Source of the DNA: Promethearchaeia archaeon
Lineage (GTDB): Archaea > Asgardarchaeota > Lokiarchaeia > Sigyniarchaeales > SOKP01
Assembly (NCBI GenBank): GCA_029856145.1
Contig: JAHQWK010000002.1
Coordinates: 1 to 64,000, forward strand
Direction of reading: 5' to 3'
Length of the DNA stretch: 64,000 nt
Shown here: one piece after another, positions 40,004 through 49,930 of the stretch
Numbering within the stretch: position 1 is the stretch's first letter
How the letters are laid out: each line of letters opens with the position of its first letter
Position numbers and translations under genes: made by a program
The notes under the pieces: model-generated
The model's database searches: none
Seen by the model: the letters and a program-made list of their open reading frames with translations, nothing else
What the model was told of the DNA's origin: nothing

Positions 40004-40969
40004 TTAGTCTTTAACAATATCTTTAAAAATATTAACAAATGCCCTAACATCTTTATTAACGAAATATATATCTAATGGATTTTTTCTTTTTAATACAAGC
40101 ATATAATATGGTAAAGTTGTTTCTTCTAGCATTATTGGTTTGAATAAGAAGTATTTTTCTGATCTTCTAACAACAATCTGATCCTCTTGTTGTTCTAACT
40201 CCATATCTGAAAAGACATCATTAAGCGTTAGAAAGTAAGCAATAGTACTACTCAATATTTTTTTTGAGTCATCGCCTTTAAAACAAGAACCTAAAATAAT
40301 AGAATTTTTATCGATTATGATTAAACCCTCACAATCTAATTTCCTCGCAAATGCTTCAACTGTCTTTTGTATTAATTGCTTTTTTGGATATAACTCCAAT
40401 AATATCTTAGACATCGCATTTATGATTGTGTACGGGTCATATATCGAAGTGCTAAAGAAATTTATTTTTTTATAATTCAATGTCTCCATTATTTCTTTCT
40501 TTAAATCACCTATTTGGTTTTGTATTTCTTTTTGTACAGTTTGGATTAATCTAGGATCATATTTATGAAAAAAAATATTAATATAGGGTTCAATGTTCAA
40601 TTCAATGAACTTATCAACTACATCATAAAGGTAACTCAAAGACTCATGTATTCGAGAAGCATCTAATATATCTATAACATAAATTGCAACTTCTGTGTCA
40701 TCAAAATATTTACCAGGATTTCTTAAATAAGAAATAAGATAACTCTTTTGTCCTCCCAAATCCCATTCACTTATTTCCCTTCCTAACAATTTAAATGTTC
40801 TTCTTTGAGCTCCTCTAGTTGGCTCGATTAAAGCTATTGTCGAGAATTCCCTCTGCAGAGTCAAAATTATACTTGTTTTGCCTGCTGCATCCAAACCAGT
40901 GAAAAGGATCTTGTAAGTCCTTTCCTCAGATGGTTCCTCTTCATGAAAAAATTGTAAAGAATCTTCCAA
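40004..40969 (-). CDS. Rag/Gtr-like small GTPase with C-terminal roadblock/longin-like domain
   Basis: GLDAAGKT, DLGGQ, IYVID, G4 HKYD, G5 TSIYD; TTG start after GAGGTGA. Confidence 0.88.
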   Translation of the reverse strand: MEDSLQFFHEEEPSEERTYKILFTGLDAAGKTSIILTLQREFSTIALIEPTRGAQRRTFKLLGREISEWDLGGQKSYLISYLRNPGKYFDDTEVAIYVIDILDASRIHESLSYLYDVVDKFIELNIEPYINIFFHKYDPRLIQTVQKEIQNQIGDLKKEIMETLNYKKINFFSTSIYDPYTIINAMSKILLELYPKKQLIQKTVEAFARKLDCEGLIIIDKNSIILGSCFKGDDSKKILSSTIAYFLTLNDVFSDMELEQQEDQIVVRRSEKYFLFKPIMLEETTLPYYMLVLKRKNPLDIYFVNKDVRAFVNIFKDIVKD

Positions 40970-41143
40970 ATGGATTTCACCTCTATTACCCTTAATAAAA
41001 TAGATAATTATTTAATAATAAACATGATGTATATTTCCGCCTAGAATTATATAGATAATTTTGTATTTAAATCTATTTTAAGTAAAAACTATAAAATTTT
41101 TTTAAATTTTGGTACAAACTCGAAAATTACTTCAACTAATTTA

Positions 41144-42454
41144 TTAAATCCTTAATTTCTTTAATTTAGATATGCCTCTATTTATTCGATCTAATATTTC
41201 ATCAAGCTCATGTTTTTGTACTATTAAAGGTGGCAAAATCTTGAGAGTATCTTTTTTATTATTACAATAATCAAGCAATACTCCTTCTTTTATTATAGAG
41301 AGCATAGCTAATTGACTATCTGTTTCATTGTAGAACTCAACACCCAACATAAGACCCCTCCCTCTAACATCTTTAATTAAATCAGAAAATTCATTTTTTA
41401 TTCCTTCTAATCCGTTCTGGAAAAGCCTTCCCATTTCTTTAACGTGATTTAAGAACTTTTGATCTGATTGGATTTTTAGCATTTCAAGAGTGATTGCACA
41501 TCCAATATCAGAACCCCCTGTAGTGGAAATATGAATAAATGGATCATCTTTATAAACAGCTTTTTCAATAAATGGTTTATAACTACAAGTAGATAGTGGA
41601 TAAATTCCAGCTGTCATACCTTTTCCTAATACCATGAAATCTGGTACTACTTTTTCATTTGGATAAATTCCTCCGTATATTGCCCATAAATGACCAGTTC
41701 TACCTAACCCTGTTTGCACTTCATCTATAATCATCATGGTACCTGTGTCATCACAGATTTCCCTTACTTCTGCGAAATATCCTTCAGAAGCAATCAATAT
41801 ACCTGCAGTAGCGGGAATAGTTTCTAATATAACACAAGCAATATCATTCGTTACGGCTCTTCTCATAGCATCAATATCATCAAATGGAACTTGCTTAAAT
41901 CCTGGAAGTTCCCAAAGGAATTTATCTCTAAATCCGGGATCCCCTGCTGCTAAAGCAAAACCAGTATGACCATGATATCCACCTATAGCAGATACGCAAC
42001 CTTTCCGTTTTGTATACGCTCTTGAAAATTTGATAGCACAATCTATTGACTCCCCTCCTCCAACTCCAAATGTGGTTTTGCTGATATCACCTGGCAATAA
42101 ATCAGCAAGTTTCTTTCCTAAAAGAGCTCTTTGTTCAGATAAGAGGATGTGATCGCCAATATCTAGCCCTTCTTCCAATGCATCTTTAAAGATTTGAAAA
42201 ATTATTGGATTTTGATGTCCTAAGTTATATACGCCTCCAGAAGTACGACAATTTAAAAACTCTAGAGGAGGTTCACCGGGTTTTGAGCCTTCCAATGTTC
42301 GCATTTTAACTCCCTCTCTCTCTCCTGGAATAACTCCTAACCCAAGACTTTTGAAAAATCGAACTTTAGGGCCATTTACATGCTTCATGTATAGCTTGAG
42401 TAATTCTTTTTGAGGAAAAGTCCCAATAAATTTTTTCTTAGGATTCCCTTTCAT
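41144..42454 (-). CDS. Class III PLP aminotransferase (putrescine/acetylornithine-like)
   Basis: NLGH, GGESI, YHG, DEVQTGLGRTG, GKG, RGRGL. Confidence 0.92.
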   Translation of the reverse strand: MKGNPKKKFIGTFPQKELLKLYMKHVNGPKVRFFKSLGLGVIPGEREGVKMRTLEGSKPGEPPLEFLNCRTSGGVYNLGHQNPIIFQIFKDALEEGLDIGDHILLSEQRALLGKKLADLLPGDISKTTFGVGGGESIDCAIKFSRAYTKRKGCVSAIGGYHGHTGFALAAGDPGFRDKFLWELPGFKQVPFDDIDAMRRAVTNDIACVILETIPATAGILIASEGYFAEVREICDDTGTMMIIDEVQTGLGRTGHLWAIYGGIYPNEKVVPDFMVLGKGMTAGIYPLSTCSYKPFIEKAVYKDDPFIHISTTGGSDIGCAITLEMLKIQSDQKFLNHVKEMGRLFQNGLEGIKNEFSDLIKDVRGRGLMLGVEFYNETDSQLAMLSIIKEGVLLDYCNNKKDTLKILPPLIVQKHELDEILDRINRGISKLKKLRI

Positions 42455-42670
42455 AATGTTAATTAAAACGTGGAAAAATATTTTAAAATTTTGAAATTAC
42501 ATAGACAAATTACATTAATCGATGAATAATAATAATCATAATTTTAATAGAATCAGTAAATAGCTGAAATTATGAAAATATGCATAATAACTATATTAGA
42601 AAAGAAAAAAGGAATAATAAAAAAATCGTTAAAAAAGTCTGCCGAATTTGCGTTATGGTTGATCTTTCAC

Positions 42671-43519
42671 CTAAAATTCATAGCCACATTTCTTACATAC
42701 ATGTTTTTTAGCATACATGGGAATATGACCAACATAACTTAAGACTTTGCTCTTATCTTCCACGGTTTTAATGTTACCTCCCACAGCGCCGCACATAGGG
42801 CAGGTAATTCGTTCATCACTTGCAAATCCTCCCGCACCTATTTCTGGGGGTTTCAATTCTTCTAACTCAGATTCGACATCATGAAGATGCGCTGCTGTGG
42901 ATTCTAAGGATTGTTCTTTTTCAGTGACTCGGTCGCTTAATTCTTGAATTTGAGCATCTCTTTGTAGGAGAGTGTTATTTAGTTCGCTTAATTGTGAATT
43001 AAATTGAGTAATTTCACCTTGAGCAGTTGTGAGCTTAGAATTTAATTCTTCAACTTTATTATTAGCATCATTAAGTTGATTTTCTAAATCAGAAGCTTTT
43101 TCTAATTCTGAAGATATATTTAATATTTTTTCATTGAATTCAGCAATTTTTGTCTCATTAATAGCTAATTTGTTTTCTAGATCTTCAGATTTAGATTTAT
43201 ATTCTGCTAATTCCGTTTTAAGATTATTATTTTCAGTATTTAAATCCCGAATTACATCTTGATCATCTGTTTTAGTCTTTTCAAGATCAGTTTTAGTGTC
43301 TGTTAACTGGTTTTCTGTTTGTTCAAATTTACTACTAGTTTCGTCTAAGTCATTCAGAGTATCTGCTAGTCTATCTTTTGTTTGAGCTAATTCATTTTTG
43401 GTGTCAGCTAGTTGTTTTTCTAGATCATTAACTTTAGATCTGAGATCTAATAAGAATTTTCCTTCAACCGATAATTTTTTTTCAGGTTTTGCTTCTGCTT
43501 TTGCCCAGTCGATTGGCAA
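42671..43519 (-). CDS. Long coiled-coil protein with C-terminal zinc ribbon
   Basis: ~190 aa of heptads, then CPMC...CKKC; TTG start after GAGGT. Confidence 0.85.
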   Translation of the reverse strand: MPIDWAKAEAKPEKKLSVEGKFLLDLRSKVNDLEKQLADTKNELAQTKDRLADTLNDLDETSSKFEQTENQLTDTKTDLEKTKTDDQDVIRDLNTENNNLKTELAEYKSKSEDLENKLAINETKIAEFNEKILNISSELEKASDLENQLNDANNKVEELNSKLTTAQGEITQFNSQLSELNNTLLQRDAQIQELSDRVTEKEQSLESTAAHLHDVESELEELKPPEIGAGGFASDERITCPMCGAVGGNIKTVEDKSKVLSYVGHIPMYAKKHVCKKCGYEF

Positions 43520-43715
43520 TTTTGATAACCTCGATTTTAAATTTTGAATTAATTTTATGAATTAAATTTATTAATAATATATAAATCATAGTGTATTAAG
43601 TTTTTAATTATTTTTACTTTTAGAGTTCAATTTCTTAGATTAAGTATTATAATTTAATTATTTTCAAAATTATAATATATTATAAAGAAATCAAAAATGA
43701 AGAAAGATTATTTAA

Positions 43716-44582
43716 ATGGAAACTACAGATGATTCACAATTCAAGATTGAATATATTTCTACCTCAGGAGTGTTTAAAACACCGTTTACACTGATTATTC
43801 TTCTACAATTTATAGTTGGATGCTTAATTATTATATTAATCAATTTATGGTTCTATAATGATCTTTATTATCTCTTAACAGGAAAAAAAATTATACCATT
43901 TCTTTTAATAGGTCAGTGGTGGGAATGGTTTCTCCTTCCTCTGAATATTTATGGTAATCTTCTATTATTTGCATTTTCTATTATTTTATTCTCAGCAGTA
44001 ATTTTTAAAATTTTAAATAAACTGCATCCACCGGAAGAGGGCATATTTGAAAGAGGCAGTAAAGAGTGGAAATATACCCATCGAAGATTTTGGACCGCAT
44101 ATTTTCCAATTTGGCTAGCAAGGTCTCTACCTTTGCCATGGTCAGATATTTTTGTTTATCGTTTTCTAGGGGTTCATATAGGAAGGAATGTGGTTGCTTA
44201 TGAAGGATATATAGATCCAGAATTAATCGAGATTGGAGATTTTACTATGACCTCACTAAATATTTGTATATTTTCACATCTAATTTATCAAGATAGAATC
44301 TTTATTAAAAAAGTAAAAATAGGAAAAGCGTGTATTGTTGGGCCACACACTATAATAAGCCCTGGGACGGTACTTCAAGATGGAGCAATTTTAGGTGTAA
44401 ACAGCTATACTTGGATAAACCAAGTATTAGAAGGAGATTTGATTCATGTGGGAATCCCTGTAAGCATGACACTTCCAATTCAATCAGTTGAACAATCTCA
44501 AAAAAAAGCAGAGAAAATAAAAAGTGAATCGTTGGAAGAAACTAATCTCGATAATAAAAGCAAAGGTGGAGGGAGCAACTAG
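43716..44582 (+). CDS. Membrane-anchored left-handed beta-helix acyltransferase-like protein
   Basis: Two TM spans, YRFLGVHIG, hexapeptide repeats (VKIGKACIVG). Confidence 0.78.
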   Translation: METTDDSQFKIEYISTSGVFKTPFTLIILLQFIVGCLIIILINLWFYNDLYYLLTGKKIIPFLLIGQWWEWFLLPLNIYGNLLLFAFSIILFSAVIFKILNKLHPPEEGIFERGSKEWKYTHRRFWTAYFPIWLARSLPLPWSDIFVYRFLGVHIGRNVVAYEGYIDPELIEIGDFTMTSLNICIFSHLIYQDRIFIKKVKIGKACIVGPHTIISPGTVLQDGAILGVNSYTWINQVLEGDLIHVGIPVSMTLPIQSVEQSQKKAEKIKSESLEETNLDNKSKGGGSN

Positions 44583-44585
44583 CAT

Positions 44586-45323
44586 ATGTTTCAACCAGCA
44601 AGTTTAAAAGGAGATTCTCCAACTCCAATAGATGAGAGCATTAGAAATAAATATCTTACTCTATATTTTGTCACAATTATTTTAAGTTTTATACCTTGTG
44701 TGTTGTTTGAATGGATTTATGCTGTTTTTCTTTGGAAAGAAGGATTGTATTTGTTGTTCATTTTTTTATTTCCTTGTAATATCTTAGTTTTAATTCATTT
44801 ATTACAAGTAAGTGCCATTTTATTTTCTGTTTTATTTTTAACCGTATTAAAACTTATATATCCTCCAAAAGAAGGAATATTTAGTAGAAATATCAAAGAT
44901 AAGAATTATTTTTATTGGAATTTGAGAAATATTGTTAAAAAATGGCCACTTTTTATTAATGCTTCAAACCCATTTCCATGGTTCAAAAATCGGTTTACAC
45001 TTCGATTTTTTGGAGTAAAAATTGGAAGAAATGGAATACATGATAATAGTTGGATCTCCTCTGAATTTGTTTCTATAGGTAAAAATGTTATTATTGGAAT
45101 GAATAGTAATATTTTGAGTTTTGGAATTGAACAGGATAAATTTATTTTAAAGAAAATAGTTATAGAGGATGATGTTTTAATTGGAGCTAAATGTGTATTA
45201 CTTCCAGGAACTTATATAAAGCGAGATACAAAATTATCTGCTCATTCTTATACAAATTTCAATCATGTATTACATGAAAAATCAATATATATAGGTCATC
45301 AGGCAAAATTAAAAGAGAATTAA
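44586..45323 (+). CDS. Membrane-anchored left-handed beta-helix acyltransferase-like protein (paralog)
   Basis: Two TM spans, LRFFGVKIG, VSIGKNVIIG, IEDDVLIGAKC; shares PxEGIFxR with the upstream gene. Confidence 0.78.
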   Translation: MFQPASLKGDSPTPIDESIRNKYLTLYFVTIILSFIPCVLFEWIYAVFLWKEGLYLLFIFLFPCNILVLIHLLQVSAILFSVLFLTVLKLIYPPKEGIFSRNIKDKNYFYWNLRNIVKKWPLFINASNPFPWFKNRFTLRFFGVKIGRNGIHDNSWISSEFVSIGKNVIIGMNSNILSFGIEQDKFILKKIVIEDDVLIGAKCVLLPGTYIKRDTKLSAHSYTNFNHVLHEKSIYIGHQAKLKEN

Positions 45324-45329
45324 AAGAAT

Positions 45330-46925
45330 ATGATTTCTGAAAAAAGTGTGAAATTAAATACTGAAAAAGAAAAAGTATCAAAAAAAAGAATAGTAATTGT
45401 ATCGGATACCCACATCAGTCGAGCTAGAGGACCTTTTAATCTTCACGCTTATAATTTAGGTATACAACAAATAAATAAGATAAAAGATGTTGATCTGTAT
45501 TTACATCTTGGAGATATTACTCATACCGGCACTCTTTTAGAATATGAATATGCTATGGAGCAATTCAAGAAGTTTAAACCAATTTCTGAATGCCCATTAA
45601 TGATTCTAATTGGAAATCATGACGCTATGAATGTTGGGTATCTTTTGTTCGAGGAAATGATCGGTAGAAGGCATTATGAATATGAAGATGATGAATTATA
45701 TATAATTGGAATAGATAGTACTAAACCAGACTTGCCGGGAGGGATTATTCATCATAATGTAATTGAAGCAGTAAGAAAGAGATTAGATAAACCAGAACGA
45801 GAGAATAAATTCAAAGTAATATGTTTTCACCATCAACTCATCCCAATTCCATATACAGGGAAAGAAAGATCTGCAATTGATGATTCAGGAGATATGCTAA
45901 AAATGCTTCTAGATACAAAAGCAGATTTAGTGTTAAATGGTCATAGACATACTTCAAATTTATATACTGTGAGTAGTAGTGAAAAAGATTTATTCATTTT
46001 TAATGCGGGAACATTTAGTTGTAATAAAACAAGATATCGAGATTTGTTTACTTATTCTATCATTGATATAGACCAAACCAATCTTACTTTTAAGATAATT
46101 CCAATATTGGATTCTAATGCTAAAAAACAAATTCATCGAAATGTTAATTATTATCTCCCATTGGAATTAAATAAAGATCAAAAGCCGATTTGTAAGTTTA
46201 TACAGTTTTCACATTCTTTAATTAATGAAGAATCGAGAAAGGAGATTACTAATCTTGATAAGGCTATTGAGCGAATAAATAGAATTGAGGATGTAGATTT
46301 AGTCGTCCATGCTGGAAATGTAACTCAAAATAGTTATAAAGAAGAATTTAAAATAGCGAAAGAAAAAATAAGTAAATTAAAATATCCATATTTAGTTGTA
46401 CCAGGAAATACGGATTCAAAACCGCCCGCTTGGGAATATTGGGAACAATATTTCGGTGAATTTGATCCTTTATATGAAAATGATAAATTATATTTTCAAG
46501 GATTAAATTCTACCACTCGGGATTCCACTGAAGGTTTTATTGGTAGAAAAAAAATGAACAAGTTTATAGAGAAGGTTTTATCTCTTAGTCATCAAAAGAT
46601 ATTCGGAGTTTGTTGTTTTCATAGTTTAATTCCTACTCCTTTAAGTGTATGGAGGACAGAATTAATAGATTCAGGTGACGTACTTTCTCAATTTGCACGT
46701 TCACAAATTGATCTTTGTTTAAATAGTTCGCCCAGTATTTCATTTAATGTAAAAATTGATCATACTATCTTTTCTAATGGGGGAAACCTTAATCTAAAAC
46801 GTTTTAATGAGACCTTTATTGAAGTTGACATTTATAAAAAAGGGAATGTTGTATTAAAAGAACATGATTTGAAAACGGGTCTCGTAAAAACAGTTGGTAA
46901 TTATAATATAACTATTTTTATTTAA
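45330..46925 (+). CDS. Tandem calcineurin-like metallophosphoesterase (second domain degenerate)
   Basis: Domain 1 has SDTH, GDIT, GNHD, FHH, GHRH; domain 2 has SHS, GNVT, GNTD, FHS. Confidence 0.87.
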   Translation: MISEKSVKLNTEKEKVSKKRIVIVSDTHISRARGPFNLHAYNLGIQQINKIKDVDLYLHLGDITHTGTLLEYEYAMEQFKKFKPISECPLMILIGNHDAMNVGYLLFEEMIGRRHYEYEDDELYIIGIDSTKPDLPGGIIHHNVIEAVRKRLDKPERENKFKVICFHHQLIPIPYTGKERSAIDDSGDMLKMLLDTKADLVLNGHRHTSNLYTVSSSEKDLFIFNAGTFSCNKTRYRDLFTYSIIDIDQTNLTFKIIPILDSNAKKQIHRNVNYYLPLELNKDQKPICKFIQFSHSLINEESRKEITNLDKAIERINRIEDVDLVVHAGNVTQNSYKEEFKIAKEKISKLKYPYLVVPGNTDSKPPAWEYWEQYFGEFDPLYENDKLYFQGLNSTTRDSTEGFIGRKKMNKFIEKVLSLSHQKIFGVCCFHSLIPTPLSVWRTELIDSGDVLSQFARSQIDLCLNSSPSISFNVKIDHTIFSNGGNLNLKRFNETFIEVDIYKKGNVVLKEHDLKTGLVKTVGNYNITIFI

Positions 46926-47072
46926 TTATAATTAATATGGTTATAGAGTGTTTCACTAAGTTCAATATAAGCGCTATACTTAATAAAAAATAACCTTAAT
47001 AAGGATATTTTTTTTATAAAAATAGGCAATACATATTAATTGAATAATAGATATCAGAGGAAAAACATTTTT

Positions 47073-47354
47073 ATGGCTAAAGTGAAACTTAACTTATTAA
47101 ATATTTTTCAGCTTAGAATTAATAAAAAATCTATAAACTATGAAGGCAAAACCGTTAGGGATGTAATCTCTCAGTTTTTAAGCGAAAATAGAGAGAAACT
47201 CGATGTTGAATTATTAGATAAAGACAAGAAAAAGTTTAATTCTCATGTACTTATTCTATTAAACGGTAGAAATATAAAATATCTGAAAAACTATAAAACC
47301 AACCTTAAAGATGGAGATGATCTCTACTTATCTTATGCTTTAGCTGGAGGTTAA
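47073..47354 (+). CDS. MoaD/ThiS/SAMP ubiquitin-like protein
   Basis: TVRDVI, ILLNGRNI, LKDGD, C-terminal AGG; ATG at 47073. Confidence 0.9.
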   Translation: MAKVKLNLLNIFQLRINKKSINYEGKTVRDVISQFLSENREKLDVELLDKDKKKFNSHVLILLNGRNIKYLKNYKTNLKDGDDLYLSYALAGG

Positions 47355-47502
47355 AAATTTAAGGTTTTTAAACATTAAGCTTAAATAATAAAATCATCAT
47401 TATTTCTTTGCCTAAAGTGATCATTTATTAATTATTCTTAATATTGAATATTTTAGAAGACATATCATTAAAAACAACATATTATCTATTTGGTGATTTT
47501 TT

Positions 47503-48438
47503 ATTACAAAAAGAATTTCAGTAATAGGCCTCGATAACGCCGGTAAGACTAGTATTATAACAGTTATTACCAGACGCTTCGGTTTTGAAGATGAGATAGC
47601 TAGATTAACACCAACAAGAAGAATTGCCCGCGATTCATTTAAATTTCTTGGTATTGAATTTACGAGAATGGATTTTGGAGGTCAAAAACAATATAGAGAA
47701 GAGTATTTAAAACATCCAAAAAAATATCTTAGTGGAACAGATTTAATGTTCTATGTTATAGATGCTCAAGATTTTAATCGGTATATAGAATCTATAGATT
47801 ATTTAGAAGAGGTTTTACTTTTTTTCAAGGAAGAACAAGATTATGTTCCAATCTGCATTCTTTTTCATAAGTTCGATCCCCAACTTGTAGATGATGTACA
47901 AATCAATAAAAGAATTCTCACTTTAAAGCAAGCATTAACAAGGTACTCTAATGATTTTGACATATTTTTCTTTGAGACGACAATTTTCGATATAAAATCA
48001 ATTATGGATGCCTTCTCAAGCGGGTTATCCATGTTATTCGAGAAGATGGAAATGGTTTCACAATTATTTTCAGAAATTAGTAAAAACTATAATTCCATTC
48101 TTATAGCATTATTTGATTCTAAGGGGGTAACTCTAGGAGAGTATTATAGGTCTCATCTCCAATTGAAGGAAAAAATAAAGATTTATGAAATTTATTTAGA
48201 ATTACAAAAGCGTGTAGTTGCCGAGAATAGAACCCTTCTTGAGTTTTCAGATAAATTTGAAAGTGGAGAAAGGTTTTCAGGTATAATTGAAGTTCTCCAA
48301 TTCGGAAATCTTGATTTTTATTTATTATTTATTGTCGAAGAAGATAAAGCTGATTTAGAGAAAACAATATCACTTATAGATAGAATTGAATCAGCAAAAC
48401 CTCAAATGAAGAATCTTATTTTACAAATAATTCAATAA
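47503..48438 (+). CDS. Rag/Gtr-like small GTPase with C-terminal roadblock-like domain; probable ATT start
   Basis: The frame is open upstream of the ORF-track ATG (47668) and contains the P-loop VIGLDNAGKTS; DFGGQ, HKFD, TTIFD; GGTGA at 47492-47496, then ATT at 47503. Confidence 0.85.
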   Translation: MTKRISVIGLDNAGKTSIITVITRRFGFEDEIARLTPTRRIARDSFKFLGIEFTRMDFGGQKQYREEYLKHPKKYLSGTDLMFYVIDAQDFNRYIESIDYLEEVLLFFKEEQDYVPICILFHKFDPQLVDDVQINKRILTLKQALTRYSNDFDIFFFETTIFDIKSIMDAFSSGLSMLFEKMEMVSQLFSEISKNYNSILIALFDSKGVTLGEYYRSHLQLKEKIKIYEIYLELQKRVVAENRTLLEFSDKFESGERFSGIIEVLQFGNLDFYLLFIVEEDKADLEKTISLIDRIESAKPQMKNLILQIIQ

Positions 48439-48451
48439 ATATTAATAAAAG

Positions 48452-48564
48452 CGCAGCTGGAGGGATTCGAACCCCCGAGCGCTTTCGCGCACCGGCTTTC
48501 TTGATTATTTGACCATACCAAATAAGACTCGAAGCCGGCGTCTTACCATCTAGGCTACAGCTGC
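48452..48564 (-). tRNA. tRNA-Ser(CGA) with a 30-nt intron at 37/38 (48498-48527)
   Basis: Acceptor GCAGCTG/CAGCTGC, discriminator G, anticodon stem CCGGC/GCCGG with anticodon CGA, long variable arm GCGC-GAAA-GCGC, GTTCGAAT T-loop; intron hairpin TTATTTG/CAAATAA; CCA not encoded. Confidence 0.93.
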
Positions 48565-48701
48565 TTTCCTATTTTTTTAAATGATTTTCTAATAATCTTA
48601 AAATATGATAAGTATAAATTTATTTCTCTTTTTTTAAACAGCAAAATCAAATACTAAGTATTTAATTAAAAGAAATTCCTTAAACTGAATAACAGGTAAT
48701 T

Positions 48702-49001
48702 TTAAGACGAAGGAACATAAATTTTCAATTTTAAGGATGAGTCAAATAATTTAATCAAACCTTCTTCTTCATATTGTTTTAAGAGTAATTTTACTGTGGA
48801 GACTCTAATATCATATCTAAGAGCGATATCTGTTGCTAGAATTGTCTTTTTCTTTAAGATTGATTCTTTTATTTCTTTTTCAAGCTGTTTTGGAATAAAA
48901 GCATCTCTCTCAACAACATTTATTTGTTTAGTTCTTCCATATTTTCTTCTTAGGTTTAGCGTAGTCTTTCTCACTATTTGCTTTTCTTCCTTTTCTGGCA
49001 T
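48702..49001 (-). CDS. rps25e: Ribosomal protein eS25
   Basis: Basic N-terminus plus wHTH (DIALRYDIRVSTVKLLLKQYEEEGLIK, KIYVP). Confidence 0.8.
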   Translation of the reverse strand: MPEKEEKQIVRKTTLNLRRKYGRTKQINVVERDAFIPKQLEKEIKESILKKKTILATDIALRYDIRVSTVKLLLKQYEEEGLIKLFDSSLKLKIYVPSS

Positions 49002-49149
49002 CAACAATCACATATTATTAATTTAAATATTGAAAATAAAGGCTGAATGAAATTATAAATATTTAAAATTTAATAAAATTTTTGTTTTAATAGTAAACAT
49101 TAGATTTCTAGGTTTATTAGCTAATTAAAATATTCAGACTCAATAGAAT

Positions 49150-49782
49150 TTGAGCGATAATTATAGTTTTAACATTAAAAGAAGAAGACCAGAAGAAATC
49201 TATAATAATGCCTCAGACTACTTTAGAGGAGAAATCTTAGAACAATATGCTACCTCTAAAAATATTATGAAAATACAAGAAAAAATTACAATCCGAGCAT
49301 TAGAGATTTTAAATCTTAGTGAAAAAGATGTTCTTATTTTGGATGCTGGTACTGGTCCCGGATTTACAGCAATGTATTTAAATGAAATAGGATATAAAAC
49401 TGTGGCTATTGATATAATATCAGAGTTCTTAAATTATTATGATATAAAAACTTTAAATCCCGTTGCATCAGATATGTGTTTTCCACCTTTTAAACCGCAT
49501 ATTTTTGATGCTATTATCTCAATTTCCTCATTGCAATGGATCTATAGAGAACTAAATAATAAATCGATGAAGGATCAGATAATTAATCTAGCAAAATCTT
49601 TCTATATGATTTTAAAACCCAAAAAAAAAGTTGTATTTCAATTTTATCCTAAAAATAGAGACATTCTTGACAGAATTGGTAAAATATTTTTAAATGAAAC
49701 TGCTTTTACCGGCCACTTTATTATAGATAATCCTAAAAGCCCAAAGAAAAGGAAGATTTTTTTGTTTTTAGAAAAGGATTGA
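49150..49782 (+). CDS. Bud23/WBSCR22-like SAM-dependent rRNA methyltransferase
   Basis: RPEE, IQEKITIRALEILNL, LDAGTGPG, FDAIISISSLQW, FQFYPKN, IIDNPKSPKKRKIFL; colinear with motifs I recall from yeast Bud23. Confidence 0.82.
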   Translation: MSDNYSFNIKRRRPEEIYNNASDYFRGEILEQYATSKNIMKIQEKITIRALEILNLSEKDVLILDAGTGPGFTAMYLNEIGYKTVAIDIISEFLNYYDIKTLNPVASDMCFPPFKPHIFDAIISISSLQWIYRELNNKSMKDQIINLAKSFYMILKPKKKVVFQFYPKNRDILDRIGKIFLNETAFTGHFIIDNPKSPKKRKIFLFLEKD

Positions 49783-49930
49783 CATTTCTTCATTTTCTTA
49801 TTCTTATTTTCTAATGAAATTCCAAATTTTCTTAAAACAGAATTAGTTTCAGTATTTTTTTATAGATAATATTAAATTAAGATTTTTCTATATGTTAGTT
49901 AAAAAAATTTAACCACAAACTTATAAAAAA

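Noticed and set aside
48452-48564. tRNA-Sec
   Set aside because: Anticodon is CGA, with a standard 7-bp acceptor and 5-bp T stem
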